From the NCBI GenBank assembly GCA_040901675.1, contig JBBDYJ010000031.1, positions 249,220 through 313,219 on the forward strand: a stretch of DNA of 64,000 nt, written 5' to 3'. This document shows, piece by piece, positions 1-11,843 of the stretch (positions within the stretch are counted from its first letter, which is position 1; each line of letters opens with the position of its first letter). The notes under the pieces were generated by a model, which did no database searches, was not told where the DNA came from, and worked only from the letters and a program-made list of their open reading frames with translations. Origin of the DNA: Pirellulales bacterium (GTDB lineage: Bacteria > Planctomycetota > Planctomycetia > Pirellulales > JAICIG01). A program made the position numbers and the translations under genes.

Positions 1-328
1 AGCGACTCGAACGACCCGGACCAACCGTGGCCGTCGTCAGTCCACGAGCCGCACAAGGCGGTCGACGGGTGGATGGGCCGGCGGAAACCGGCCTGACCCA
101 AGGCCCACGTACACCGCCGGCGGCGCGGGGCGCCCACGAGAAGCCGCATTCGCTCAGTGGATTTGAAACAGGATTGAAAAGGCGACTGCAACGGCTTCCG
201 GCCAGCGGGCTGTTCCGCCCGCGTGACCCGGAAATGCCCCAGAATCCAATCCCGCTTTATCCGGAAACGGGGCATTGATCCCGAGACGGTACAATCGCCG
301 CAGGGATCGTCTTGAACGGAAGGGTCGT

Positions 329-895
329 TCAGCCCGGCCGGTGAGCGACCGCACGCTGGACGCCGGCATGGGCTCGCTGGGCTTTGAGGCACGTCTGCCT
401 GAATGTTTCCGGCCTCGACACTCCGGACAGTCGGAATGTCTCGACGGGCCCTTTGCGGAAGATCAGCTCGCCCGCGGGATACCAGGCCTGCCCCGGCAGG
501 ATCTGCACGTCGATTTCGTCGAACTCGTCGAGCGTAATCGAGCGTTCTTCCAACGCGCGCAGTCCTTTCGCGATAATCAAGCGCCGGTTCGTCAACCGGT
601 AGCGGCGGCAAATGCCGGGCAACAACCCCGCAAAGAACAAGCCGAGGGCAATCGGGATCGTCAGCAGCATCGAAAGCTTGCCCACGGTCAGCATGTGGCC
701 TAATCCGCTTCGGTTCCCATACAGCCTGCCCAAAAAGCGGCCGGTGGCCGTGGCCGCGATGGTCGGCCAGACCGTCATGATCGTCACTTCGCCCAGCTCG
801 GCCGGGGCGACGCCGGGAATTGCCTGCTTTGCCACTACCTTTCGACCAACAACCACGGCGGCCGCCGGCGCTTCATCTCCAACTGCCTGTTGCAT
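329..895 (-). CDS. PH-domain (bPH_2-like) membrane protein
   Basis: One TM segment followed by 'RYRLTNRRLII.KG...SITL.E..EI.V...Q....GEL.F', a bacterial PH pattern. Start taken at the ATG at 895 and is uncertain. Confidence 0.65.
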   Translation of the reverse strand: MQQAVGDEAPAAAVVVGRKVVAKQAIPGVAPAELGEVTIMTVWPTIAATATGRFLGRLYGNRSGLGHMLTVGKLSMLLTIPIALGLFFAGLLPGICRRYRLTNRRLIIAKGLRALEERSITLDEFDEIDVQILPGQAWYPAGELIFRKGPVETFRLSGVSRPETFRQTCLKAQRAHAGVQRAVAHRPG

Positions 896-1060
896 CACCA
901 GCCGGCTCCTGGAAAGCCACAAACGTAACACGCGTGGCTTTCTCAGGGCAAGTGGGTACCCCCAGACCGCATGAATGCGGATCACTACGAACTCAGAACC
1001 AGGCTGAGGCTACCCGATCGGGCGATTTCGGCATTTGCACCTGCCGGGTAGTATTAAGGT

Positions 1061-1957
1061 ATGCCCGAACCAAAGAAACCCCACGACGACGACCCGATCT
1101 TTGCCGACCCGCAACCGGCCGGCCGCGTACCCGCCGGGCCGATGCCCGCAAACCGACCGCAGGAGGTGCCCGCGCCGCCGGAGCCGGCGCAAGATGCCGA
1201 GCACCCCGTGCAGAAGGGCTTGCCAGGCACCTCCGCCCACCTCAAGGAGCGTGCCGGGCCCTATTGGGAACAAGCCTGGCTGAACCTGCGGGTTTGGGCG
1301 CCGGCACTGGCAAACCCGCATTTTCGCGCCCGGCAGATCAAATACCGCTCGAGCGAGAACCGCACGGCCCTCCAATGGCTGGTGGCGCTGCCACGGCAAT
1401 GCTGCCAGTGCGGCGCGACAGAAGGCCTGCGCAGCCGTGAATTTCGGCGGGACGTTCGGACTTTCGATGCGCCGTTGGCCATCCTGGCCGGCACCTGGGG
1501 CTTCGCGGCGCTGCTGCTGCTCGTCTGGCTGATGTTCGGTTGGGCGTGGACTCTCCAGTTGGCGCTGATTCTGTTATTACTGGGCGCCGGGCTGTTGTGG
1601 GTCAAAAGTTGGCAGGAAGGCGTGCGCGTCTCGATGTGGGCCTGCCCGGCCCACTTCGACGGACTTTCAGAGCCGGGGCTGGTGATCCACGACGACGAAC
1701 TTTTTGTTCAGGTCCCCGGCTCATCGCTCGCCGAAACCGCCAAAGCGGAGTTGGTGGCGGCCCGCCGGCAGCGCCGCCACTATCCCGAGGCGGTTGCGGG
1801 CGGCCCGCAGCGGAGCCCGGCGGCGAGCAGGCCGTCGCCTGCAGGCGAAAAACAGGGCGGTCCGCCCTCGACCGGACCGGCTCCGTTTGTCCCTCCACCG
1901 CGGGGCGAGTTGCCGCCCATCAAGCTGGCTGGAGACGAAGATGAGTCGACCCCGTAG
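1061..1957 (+). CDS. hypothetical membrane protein with CCxC/CxxH possible metal-binding motif and Pro-rich termini
   Basis: 298-aa ORF with two TM segments flanked by QCCQCG and CPAH. TAGTAT lies 6 nt before the ATG. Confidence 0.65.
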   Translation: MPEPKKPHDDDPIFADPQPAGRVPAGPMPANRPQEVPAPPEPAQDAEHPVQKGLPGTSAHLKERAGPYWEQAWLNLRVWAPALANPHFRARQIKYRSSENRTALQWLVALPRQCCQCGATEGLRSREFRRDVRTFDAPLAILAGTWGFAALLLLVWLMFGWAWTLQLALILLLLGAGLLWVKSWQEGVRVSMWACPAHFDGLSEPGLVIHDDELFVQVPGSSLAETAKAELVAARRQRRHYPEAVAGGPQRSPAASRPSPAGEKQGGPPSTGPAPFVPPPRGELPPIKLAGDEDESTP

Positions 1958-2085
1958 CGTCTTTACTGAACGAATAGCTCCGCCACAACCAGGCCGAAGC
2001 CGGGGACGACGTCCTCGGCCGCCAGGGTGGCTTGTTCCGCAAAAACCTGCGGCGGCGTGTCTCGCCGGTGGGCAGTGACGGCGCA

Positions 2086-2130
2086 AGAAAAAACCCGCCG
2101 CGGGCTGGCTAACCCGGGCGGGCTTTTCTC
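2086..2130. terminator. bidirectional intrinsic terminator between ORF 1061-1957 and the 16S transcript
   Basis: A-tract, then CCCGCC(G)CGGG...CCCGGGCGGG hairpin, then CTTTTCTCTT. Confidence 0.75.
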
Positions 2131-2249
2131 TTCTTAATCTGGTAGCTGCCGGCGGCCTTTTGAAGGGCAACCGGCTGATTCCAAGTCCAGCACAAGGACC
2201 GTCTCCACAATTCTTTGCCATGCGGATGTCGCCACCCAACATGGAAGGA

Positions 2250-3792
<1,543 letters not shown>

Positions 3793-4023
3793 GTTTTACG
3801 CTTCACCGGAACGCCAAGGCCCCTCGGAGAGGCTCCCGAAGGAACCCCGCCTTGCGGCCCGCCATCCCGGATTCGTTAGCCAACGAAAAGGTCTGCTGCT
3901 CTCGAGCGGCATCCAATGGGAGACTGGCCCCCGCTTGAACACCGCACGATAGTGTGCCGTCCATTTGGACGGCTGCACGGTCTTGTGCTGGCTGATCAAA
4001 TTAACTTGGGATCACTACCAAAT

Positions 4024-4035
4024 TGTCAAAGAACA
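4024..4035 (-). promoter_or_regulatory. boxA antitermination element in rRNA leader
   Basis: Minus strand TGTTCTTTGACA, close to the boxA consensus TGCTCTTTAACA, lying between the promoter and the 16S gene. Confidence 0.7.
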
Positions 4036-4091
4036 AAAATCAAAATCCCTGGCTGACCCGGGCCGAAACCCGGTCCCACCAGGGACTAGGC

Positions 4092-4119
4092 ATTCTATCG
4101 GACGCAATCGGGGTGTCAA
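4092..4119 (-). promoter_or_regulatory. sigma70-type rRNA promoter
   Basis: Minus strand TTGACA-N16-TAGAAT; a 16-bp spacer is typical of rrn promoters. Confidence 0.8.
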
Positions 4120-4524
4120 GCAGGCGCACCGGGATTTTTCCGGCTTGCCATTGCCGGGGCACCGCAATCAGGTTGCCCCTTTTGGCCGTCGGACGTCGGA
4201 GGGACGCCGGACGATGGGCTCGGCAGGAAAACCGGGCCAGTGACACTTCCTATTACGCAATTTGGACCGCGCTCGTTCAGCCAAAAAGCACCTGGTCGCG
4301 ATGCCAGCGGGCCACAGCATGCGGTACCGGGGCTACGAACCTTCAGGCTGGATCGCCTCCCGGATTCCTAAGCATCTAAGCCGTTTGTGCATAACGGTTT
4401 GTAATGCCAGATCCCGCACATCGGCGCGGGCCGTCCCGCCAGTTCGGACCAGCCACGGCGACACGGTTAAGCCGCGTCGGCCGGATCCCGGACCGCAAGC
4501 GCCGTACGGTTTTCGGCAGCGCGA

Positions 4525-5901
4525 TTACCGTTCGAGCGCGAGCGACAGCGGTTGCCACAGGCTCTCTGGATGCAGTCCCGCACGGGGCTGCGGGGGAAAG
4601 GCCTCCAGAAGCCTGTCGACCCCGCGGTCGGTCACGGCCGTTCCGCCCAGCGAGAGGTATCGCAACGAGGGGATGGATTCGAGCCGCTCCAGGCCGGCAT
4701 CCGTGATCCTCGTGTAGCGCAGCGAGAGGCTTCTTAAGCCCGGCGCCAGGTGATCGAGGCCGGCATCGGTAATCCGCGTATTGTCCAAAACGAGGCGCTC
4801 CACGCCAGGCAACGCGAGGTGCCGAAGATCGCCATCGCTAAGATCCGAGCCGGAAAGGTCCAGCGAGACCGTCAGGTTCGCAGTTCGGAGCAAGGCCGTG
4901 AGTTCTTCCAGCCTTCTGCTGGAGTCCTTTGTTCCCGGGGCTCGAATGTCGATGTGCCCCAATGCGTGCAGTTGCGCTAGGAGGGCGTCTTGACCTGCGG
5001 GCAACGGACCGGTGAGCACAAGTCCATCAACTCGACGTAGAAACTCGAACCACGGAGCCGGTCCGAAGGCGCGCAAAAGCCAACGCGGTTTCTCATAATA
5101 TTCTCTACTGGCCTGGACCGAGAGCCCGCTGCGCCGCATTTGCCGCAGGACCATTTCCTCGCCGTGACAGACGATCACTTGCTCAGCCAGCCAGAGCGTC
5201 GGTGGCGCAAGCATAAGGACATAAACCGCACGCATCCCCCAGCGAACGCCGGCCCGTATGAATCGCTCGTCAGCATTGCGGCCGGCGTTCGATCGGCCCG
5301 AGCAGTCGTTCCCCGGCCTCGGCCCAGGCAGCGCGCGCAGCGCCGAAACGATGAGCGATGTCACGGGGCCGTCCAGACGAGTGCCGCTGGAGTTGGGTTC
5401 GGACGCGTCGTCCTGTTCAGGCTCCACGCGGACGGCTGCAAGATAGAGGTAGCCAAGCAGGGGCCCGGCCAGGCCGCCTCCCGCCGCGCCCAACACCCCG
5501 CCCAGCCAGCTCCCGTCCAGGATCGCCGAGACGACCGCGCCTTCGATCCTCCCCGTGGCGGGCTCCCGGGCGACTGCTACCAGCAGATTGATCGGCCCTA
5601 TCAGGATGCCGCTGGTGAAGCCGGCACAGGTGGCGGTCCAGGCGAGGGCGAGCACGCGCTTCAAGCCTTGCTTTCGCGTGCCGACGATCCGCATCCAGGC
5701 GATCGCCCAGACACTGCCAAACGCCGCACCTGACATCACGTACAGCGGCAGCAATCCATCCAATCGGCCGGCCGACAGGCGCAAGGGGCCTAAAATCACC
5801 CCCACGACAAGCGGAAGGAGCAGCAGCGACCGCAAGCGAAACGCAATCCGGCACCGCTCAGGCGGTGGCGAATCCGGCGGCTTGGATGAGGGAGTAGCCA
5901 T
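4525..5901 (-). CDS. membrane protein with C-terminal leucine-rich repeats
   Basis: N-terminal FRLRSLLL plus several TMs. C-terminal LxLxxTxITDAGLxxL repeats. Confidence 0.75.
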   Translation of the reverse strand: MATPSSKPPDSPPPERCRIAFRLRSLLLLPLVVGVILGPLRLSAGRLDGLLPLYVMSGAAFGSVWAIAWMRIVGTRKQGLKRVLALAWTATCAGFTSGILIGPINLLVAVAREPATGRIEGAVVSAILDGSWLGGVLGAAGGGLAGPLLGYLYLAAVRVEPEQDDASEPNSSGTRLDGPVTSLIVSALRALPGPRPGNDCSGRSNAGRNADERFIRAGVRWGMRAVYVLMLAPPTLWLAEQVIVCHGEEMVLRQMRRSGLSVQASREYYEKPRWLLRAFGPAPWFEFLRRVDGLVLTGPLPAGQDALLAQLHALGHIDIRAPGTKDSSRRLEELTALLRTANLTVSLDLSGSDLSDGDLRHLALPGVERLVLDNTRITDAGLDHLAPGLRSLSLRYTRITDAGLERLESIPSLRYLSLGGTAVTDRGVDRLLEAFPPQPRAGLHPESLWQPLSLALER

Positions 5902-6256
5902 CTCGCGACTTGCAGCAGCACCCCCTGGGACGATCTGCCATCCGCATTGTCATCGGATGGCAAAGCTGGGGCAAGCTCCCATGCTAAGGGACTCAGCGCC
6001 GCGCTGCCGCTATCAATGGCTGTTCTTGGCCTCCCAAACCAACCCCGAGAGTGGACTTGACTTCAGCTATCATCGCTTTGAGGGCGCCTCATCCGCAGTC
6101 CGGCGCGCCGTCCAGGTTGGGATGAATCGTTCATAAATTCACGCAATGCAGCCTTTTATGACTTTAGCTGCCAGCCGCGGCACGAGATGTGCTCTACGGG
6201 GGACGGGGGTGTGTGCGCCCTGATCCAAGAAACTTTCCAGTCCAAGGAGCCACCTT

Positions 6257-6667
6257 ATGAGACGCCTTCTTCTGATTCTGGCCGTGCTGGGCCTTTTCGG
6301 CTACATGGCCGCAGCCGCATCGGCCGCCCAGCGACGGCCGCTGGGACGGGCCGCCGTCCGCGGTGCAGTCCGGCTGGGCGCCGCTTATGCCGGTTCCGGC
6401 AATCGCGGCTACCGCTCCAGTTACTACCCACGCTACTCCGGCGGATATTATCCTCGCTCGTACGGCTACTCCCGCTACGGCTCCGGCTACTCCCGGTATG
6501 GCTCCGGCTACTCGCGGTATGGCTACGGCTACTCGCGGTATGGCTACGGCTATCCCCGCTACGGCTACGGATACCCTTCCTATGGCTATTCCCGATACGG
6601 GTATTCCCGCTATGGCTATGGCTATCCGTATGGGCGAAGCGGCGTCTCGATCCGGATCGGCTTCTAA
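6257..6667 (+). CDS. secreted Tyr/Gly/Ser/Arg-rich low-complexity protein
   Basis: AAGGAG RBS, signal peptide MRRLLLILAVLGL...AASA, YGYGYSR-type heptapeptide repeats, C-terminus GVSIRIGF. Confidence 0.8.
   Translation: MRRLLLILAVLGLFGYMAAAASAAQRRPLGRAAVRGAVRLGAAYAGSGNRGYRSSYYPRYSGGYYPRSYGYSRYGSGYSRYGSGYSRYGYGYSRYGYGYPRYGYGYPSYGYSRYGYSRYGYGYPYGRSGVSIRIGF
6461..6632 (+). repeat. imperfect 21-nt coding tandem repeat (YG[YS]GY[SP]R)
   Basis: Units such as TATGGCTACGGCTACTCGCGG repeated in frame. Confidence 0.85.
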
Positions 6668-7785
6668 CGCCACGGCGATCCACCTTGAGCGGCGGCCGCG
6701 TGGCAGGCGCGGCTGACCGCGGCTCGCAGTTGCCCGGCGCGCCGGCGATAGGGCGTGAGCCAACCCCGGCTCAGCAGCGAGCGGACTTCCCGCAGGCCGA
6801 TCTTGCGTCCACGCTGCACGCGTCGGCGATCGGCCAGTACGGGGCGCAAGCCCGCCAGGGCATCCCACTTGGCTCGCAGAATCGCGCGCCCCTGACCGCG
6901 CAGGCTGAACCAGACCAAGGACGCCAGGTTGGCCAACAGGTGCTGCGGCAAGTACAACCAAAACAGCGCCGCCGGCATGTTCTTGACATAGGTCCAGACC
7001 AGGTTTCGGTGACCGTGGTAGATCTGGAAGTCGCTCTGCCGGCCGGCGGACGCGGAGCCTACATGGTGGGCGACTGCCGAGGGGACGTACACGTAACGGT
7101 TGCCTCGCAGCCGCAGGCGGAATCCCAGGTCCACGTCCTCGAAGTAACAGAAGTAGCGTTCGTCGAAGCCGCCCGCTTCCACCAGCGCGCTGCGGAGGTA
7201 CATAGCGGCCGCCGCGCAGGGCGAGAGCACCGGCTCGCCGGCCCGGGCCGGCCGCGGGTTGCCCCAATCGCGGCGCCAGGCAAGGCCGCTGACGTGATAG
7301 ACGTCGCCCGAACCGTCCAGCCGCGTGGGCTCGTCCGCGCTGACGAGCTGGCTGCCGAAGAATGCCGCATCTGGACGCGATTCGGCCGCCGCGAGCAGCT
7401 CCCCCAGCCAGCAAGGCTCCGGAAAAGCGTCGCTGTTGAGCAGCGCCACCCATTGGCAGTCGCCGGTCCGTGCGAGTGCCAGGTTATTTGCGGCGGCGAA
7501 CCCCAGGTTGCGCGGCGAGCGGATCAGTTCCACGCCAGGGCAGACAGCGTCGATTCCCCGCAGCGAGTCGTCGGTGCTGGCATTGTCGACCACCAGCACG
7601 CGCTGGGGCGGCCTCGTCTGGCAGGCCACCGCCGCTAGCGAGCGGCGCAGATGGCCGCCCGAGTTGTAGTTCACCAGCACGACGGCCACCTGGGCCACTG
7701 GGAGCAAATCGGTTGCGGCCCCGAGCAGACTCCCCGATCTGAGCTTGTTTTCGATCACCTGCGTGGGAGCCGGAGAATCAGGCAT
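6664..7785 (-). CDS. glycosyltransferase family 2 (WbbL/rhamnosyltransferase-like)
   Basis: VVLVNYN, VVDNASTD, NLGFAAANN, LLNSD, GGFDE.YF.Y.EDVD motifs. Start overlaps the stop of the upstream gene. Confidence 0.9.
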   Translation of the reverse strand: MPDSPAPTQVIENKLRSGSLLGAATDLLPVAQVAVVLVNYNSGGHLRRSLAAVACQTRPPQRVLVVDNASTDDSLRGIDAVCPGVELIRSPRNLGFAAANNLALARTGDCQWVALLNSDAFPEPCWLGELLAAAESRPDAAFFGSQLVSADEPTRLDGSGDVYHVSGLAWRRDWGNPRPARAGEPVLSPCAAAAMYLRSALVEAGGFDERYFCYFEDVDLGFRLRLRGNRYVYVPSAVAHHVGSASAGRQSDFQIYHGHRNLVWTYVKNMPAALFWLYLPQHLLANLASLVWFSLRGQGRAILRAKWDALAGLRPVLADRRRVQRGRKIGLREVRSLLSRGWLTPYRRRAGQLRAAVSRACHAAAAQGGSPWR

Positions 7786-9127
7786 TGGTCGTGGGAGAGA
7801 CGCCTGTTTTGGAGCGATGACCCACGTGGGGCGCTGGTATTCCGGGCCGCAGCCGGCAGATCGCACGGCGCGGCCAGTTGAGCCAACGTTCGACCTTCTG
7901 GGCGAGGCGATAGCCGGTGCTTTGGCGCATGCGCTGCTCCCAGATCTCGAGCTGAGCCAGGCGGGCGTCAAGTTCCGCGCGCCTGGCCTGCTCGGTCTCC
8001 GCCTCGTTTTCCAGGTCGGCCAGGCAGTCTTGCAGCCGCAGCTCAGAGGAGAGCCACTGCTCGTGGTATTGGGTCCAGCGGGCCAACAAGGCGTCGGTGA
8101 ACTGCTCTTGCGCCGAAAGGCGCCGCTCGAGCCGATCGTTCCCCTGGTCGAGCGCGTGCACTTTCTGCTCCAGGGCGGCGAAAGCTTGGGAAGGAGCTTC
8201 ACTCGTACACTCCCGCGCCTGCAGAACCTGGCGGCTGGTCTTGTTCAGGTGCCGCTCCAGTCGCTGCACCAGTGCGTTCTGCTGGCGATGCACTTCGGCC
8301 AGGTCGCGGACCTGTTCGCTGAGCAACGTCCACACGCGCGAGAGCCCGCCCTGAGGCGCGCCAGGTGGATCGGCGCTACTCGAAGAACTGCCGGAGGGCA
8401 GCGTCGCGGTGAATTTCTGCGTTTCCCGGCCAAGACGGTCGTACACGGCGCGGAGGCGCGGATCCTCCGGCGGCCGCGTATGCTGGTGATGCCGATGGAA
8501 CGAGTTGAACGAGCTGGCCGCGTGCGGGTCGAATTGCAGCCTCAACCGCGGGCAAGCCTGCTCGAGCCAGTCGGTAAAGAGCTGCGGAGGCATTTCGAAG
8601 TCGAACCAGATTACCTCGGCTTCCTGTTCGACGTCGGCCAGCAGCCGCTCGTTGTAGGTGCGCCAGAGATCGAGGCCCTTTTCGAGCGGCCAACCTTCCC
8701 GCAAGGCGAGACTTTCGGCCACGCTTTCCGGGTGCCTCCAGCAGGCCACGACGCGGTGGTCGCCCAACAGCGGCTTCCAAAGCGGGTAGGTGAGCACGGT
8801 GCGCGGGTCTTTCCAGCCGACGACGGGGGAGGTGGAGAGCCTGGCGACAAAATCGCGCATCCGGCCGAGCAGTTCCTCATTGGGTACCAGGCGGTGAGGA
8901 ACCTTGTCCCAGGCGCCCCCGGCGGCTGCCAGCAGCCGATCGTTGATTTCCACCACCTCGCGGGCTTCCCACTTACCCTGGGCATTGGAAAGGCTGGGGG
9001 CGGTGAGCAGGTCGTCGCCCAGGTGCATTCCGCAGCGGTTGAGCGCCCGGGTCAGGCAAGACGTGCCGCTACGGTGCATTCCAAGGATCACTACGACGGT
9101 GGTCGCCGAAGGTGGGGCGTCGCTCAT
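7778..9127 (-). CDS. sulfotransferase-family (P-loop) protein with C-terminal coiled coil
   Basis: VILGMHRSGTS, WKDPR and RHP..VA.SL motifs. Long Leu/Glu/Gln/Arg heptad C-terminus. Confidence 0.8.
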   Translation of the reverse strand: MSDAPPSATTVVVILGMHRSGTSCLTRALNRCGMHLGDDLLTAPSLSNAQGKWEAREVVEINDRLLAAAGGAWDKVPHRLVPNEELLGRMRDFVARLSTSPVVGWKDPRTVLTYPLWKPLLGDHRVVACWRHPESVAESLALREGWPLEKGLDLWRTYNERLLADVEQEAEVIWFDFEMPPQLFTDWLEQACPRLRLQFDPHAASSFNSFHRHHQHTRPPEDPRLRAVYDRLGRETQKFTATLPSGSSSSSADPPGAPQGGLSRVWTLLSEQVRDLAEVHRQQNALVQRLERHLNKTSRQVLQARECTSEAPSQAFAALEQKVHALDQGNDRLERRLSAQEQFTDALLARWTQYHEQWLSSELRLQDCLADLENEAETEQARRAELDARLAQLEIWEQRMRQSTGYRLAQKVERWLNWPRRAICRLRPGIPAPHVGHRSKTGVSPTTNA

Positions 9128-9330
9128 TGGGCACCGGGACGCGTGGGGATCCAAAAGGCGGCGCCGCGTTTGTACTTGCGACCCGCCTGCGGGGTCAATG
9201 CCAGCCTGCCAAGAGGGTGGACTGGGCGGTCCGGGGACCGGCGATCTGCCGTTGACTCGTTTTGCGCGCACTTATAAAAAGCCGGCCGCCCTACTGGAGA
9301 GCGAGCGGTTCCCCGGTCGATTGCGCCCCC

Positions 9331-10194
9331 ATGCAGATACCCCTCTTCCCGTTCCGCCGGATGCTCCGATTGAGCTCGCGTTTCAAAACCGATCGATTCG
9401 ATGAACTGGGCCGCGTCAATCCTCCTCCGAAGTTGCTGCGGGGGCACGGCGGACCGCAGTTTCGCGACATCGGCCGGCGGTGGGTCGAGACCTTCCAGTT
9501 GATCGCGAGCCTGAGCCCGACCGCCCACGTGCTCGACGTGGGGTGCGGTCCTGGCCGCATGGCGCTGGAGTTAGCGCCGTATCTGCGCACGTCGGGCCGC
9601 TACGAGGGCTTCGACATCCGCGCCGCTGACATTGCCTGGTGCAAAAAGGAAATCGAGCCGAGATGGAGCCGAAGCCGCTTCCAATTAGTCGACGTGAACA
9701 ACGGTCACTACAACGCCTGCGGCGAGTTGGCAGCCGAGGCCTTTCGATTCCCGTACCCGGACCAGTCGTTCGATTTTGTCTTTATGACGTCCGTCTGCAC
9801 CCACCTGCGATCGCGAGCTGTCTCGAATTACCTGGGGCAGGCTTCCCGCGTGCTCAAGGCAGGGGGACGGTGCCTGGCCAGTTTCTTCCTGGTCAACGAG
9901 CGGGTATGGGCTCGAATCGCCGCCGGCAAGTCGCGGTTTCAGTTCGCGCATGCGATCGGGCCGTCGAGCTGGAGCCAGTACGCCGACCGTCCGGAACGAG
10001 CGGTCGCCTACGACGAGACCTTCATCCGGACGATTCATCAACAAGCCGGGCTGGCGGTGTGCGAGCCGATGCATTACGGCGCCTGGTCGGGCGACGTTCC
10101 GCCGAGCACGCGCCACTCGCAGGACGTGGTGGTGGCCCTCAAGCCGGGGAGCGCCCAACACGTCACGCAACCCGCGCCAACGTTTTCCGACTGA
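9331..10194 (+). CDS. class I SAM-dependent methyltransferase
   Basis: VLDVGCGPGR and FPYPDQSFD.V...SV.TH motifs. Confidence 0.9.
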   Translation: MQIPLFPFRRMLRLSSRFKTDRFDELGRVNPPPKLLRGHGGPQFRDIGRRWVETFQLIASLSPTAHVLDVGCGPGRMALELAPYLRTSGRYEGFDIRAADIAWCKKEIEPRWSRSRFQLVDVNNGHYNACGELAAEAFRFPYPDQSFDFVFMTSVCTHLRSRAVSNYLGQASRVLKAGGRCLASFFLVNERVWARIAAGKSRFQFAHAIGPSSWSQYADRPERAVAYDETFIRTIHQQAGLAVCEPMHYGAWSGDVPPSTRHSQDVVVALKPGSAQHVTQPAPTFSD

Positions 10195-10220
10195 GCCGCC
10201 ACGAAAAGCGAGGACCCGAA

Positions 10221-10973
10221 ATGATTGCACTGACGGACGAGCAACTCGGCGACTTCCAGCAATGCCTGGACTGGCAGACAGGCATGCGCCTTTCCGACGG
10301 CCGCGTGCTGGGGGTGCCGGGCAAGCGCGGCAATATCAATCCCGGCACCGACCTGCGGGTCCAGACCGTGGCCGAGCGGCTGCGGCCGGCGAATAAGCGG
10401 ATTCTGGAGGTCGGCTGTTGCGAGGGGATCCATACGGTGCAACTATCCGCGCTGTGTGGGCAAGTCGTTGCCTTGGAAGTGCGCCCCAGAAACATCTGCT
10501 GCGCGTTGGCCCGATTATTCGTCCACGGCGTCCGCAACGCGGAGCTGATGCTGAAGGATGTCCGCGAGCTGGACCACTCCTTCGGCCGGTTCGACATCGT
10601 GTTCCACGTCGGCGTGCTCTACCATCTCAGCAACCCCGTCGAGCATATCTTCCGGATCCGCGATCTGGCGGACGACATGATTCTGGACACGCATTTTTGC
10701 GACGATACAACCAGCTTTGAACGGTCGGACATAACGTACCAGGGCAAGCTGTACCGGAGCCACGTCTACCGCGGCGAAAAGGGATGGCGCGACGCGTTTT
10801 CCGGCTTGGAGCCGAGCTCGCGCTGGCTGCACCGCGACTCGCTCCTCGAGTTGCTCGACGATGCCGGCTTCGACTCCGTGGAGGTGATTCGCCAGCGCAT
10901 CGAGCGAAATGGGCCCAGGATCTGCCTGCTGGCTCGACGAACAGGCCGGCGGGCCGAAGCCATATCGGTCTGA
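10221..10973 (+). CDS. class I SAM-dependent methyltransferase
   Basis: RILEVGCCEG and FDIVFHVGVLYHL.NP motifs. GAGGA RBS before the ATG at 10221. Confidence 0.88.
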   Translation: MIALTDEQLGDFQQCLDWQTGMRLSDGRVLGVPGKRGNINPGTDLRVQTVAERLRPANKRILEVGCCEGIHTVQLSALCGQVVALEVRPRNICCALARLFVHGVRNAELMLKDVRELDHSFGRFDIVFHVGVLYHLSNPVEHIFRIRDLADDMILDTHFCDDTTSFERSDITYQGKLYRSHVYRGEKGWRDAFSGLEPSSRWLHRDSLLELLDDAGFDSVEVIRQRIERNGPRICLLARRTGRRAEAISV

Positions 10974-10982
10974 AAGCGACGC

Positions 10983-11840
10983 ATGGACCATTCCCACACT
11001 TCGCCCTGGCGGCCGGGACCCGGCTTTCCCGTGCTGCCCCACGAGATCCTGGGCCACTTCGTCGCCCGACGCAACCTGATCCGCCAACTACTGCGGCGGG
11101 AGGTGATGGGACGCTACGATGGGTCGTACTTGGGGATCTGCTGGTCCTTGTTGACTCCGCTGGCCCTGCTGGCGGCCTACACGTTTGTCTTTTCCGTCGT
11201 CTTTGAAGGACGCTGGGGCGTCGAAGGCGAACCGCAGGGACTGGGCTACTATGCCTTGGTCTTGTTCGCCGGGTTGTTTGCCTTTCTCATCCTGTCCGAG
11301 GTTGCCGGCGGCGCGGCAAGCCTGGTCACGTCGCAGCCGAACCTGGTGACCAAGGTCGTCTTTCCGCTGGAAGTGCTGCCGCTGGTGCGCACGCTGGCCG
11401 CCTTGGTTCGAGCGGTCCCCAGCATGCTCGTGCTGGGCGCCGCCACGTGGCTGGTGCTGGGCCGCCTGCCGGCGACCTTCGCGCTGTTGCCGCTGGCGCT
11501 GGCGCCCATGTTCCTGCTGGCGCTGAGTGCGGCCTACCTGCTGGCCTTCCTGGGCGTTTTTGTGCGCGACATGGCTCATACGACGTCGCTCGTGATCCGC
11601 TTGCTCACTTACCTATCGCCCGTGTTTTACCCAGCCTCGCGCGTGCCCGACGACCTGCGGCCGCTGTTCTTGTTGAACCCGGTTGCCCGGATCGTGGAGG
11701 ACTGCCGCAGGATGGCGGTGTTCGGGCAGCCGCCCGACTGGTGGGGCCTGCTGGGCGCGACGGCCGTGGCGGGCTTGTGCGCCTGGCTTTCCTACCTGGT
11801 GTTCATGAGCTTCAAGGGGTCGTTTGCGGACGTGGTGTAA
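10983..11840 (+). CDS. wzm: polysaccharide ABC transporter permease
   Basis: RY.GS.LG..WS.L.PL, KVVFP.E.LP and NP motifs, about six TMs, adjacent to wzt. Confidence 0.92.
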   Translation: MDHSHTSPWRPGPGFPVLPHEILGHFVARRNLIRQLLRREVMGRYDGSYLGICWSLLTPLALLAAYTFVFSVVFEGRWGVEGEPQGLGYYALVLFAGLFAFLILSEVAGGAASLVTSQPNLVTKVVFPLEVLPLVRTLAALVRAVPSMLVLGAATWLVLGRLPATFALLPLALAPMFLLALSAAYLLAFLGVFVRDMAHTTSLVIRLLTYLSPVFYPASRVPDDLRPLFLLNPVARIVEDCRRMAVFGQPPDWWGLLGATAVAGLCAWLSYLVFMSFKGSFADVV

Positions 11841-11843
11841 GCG

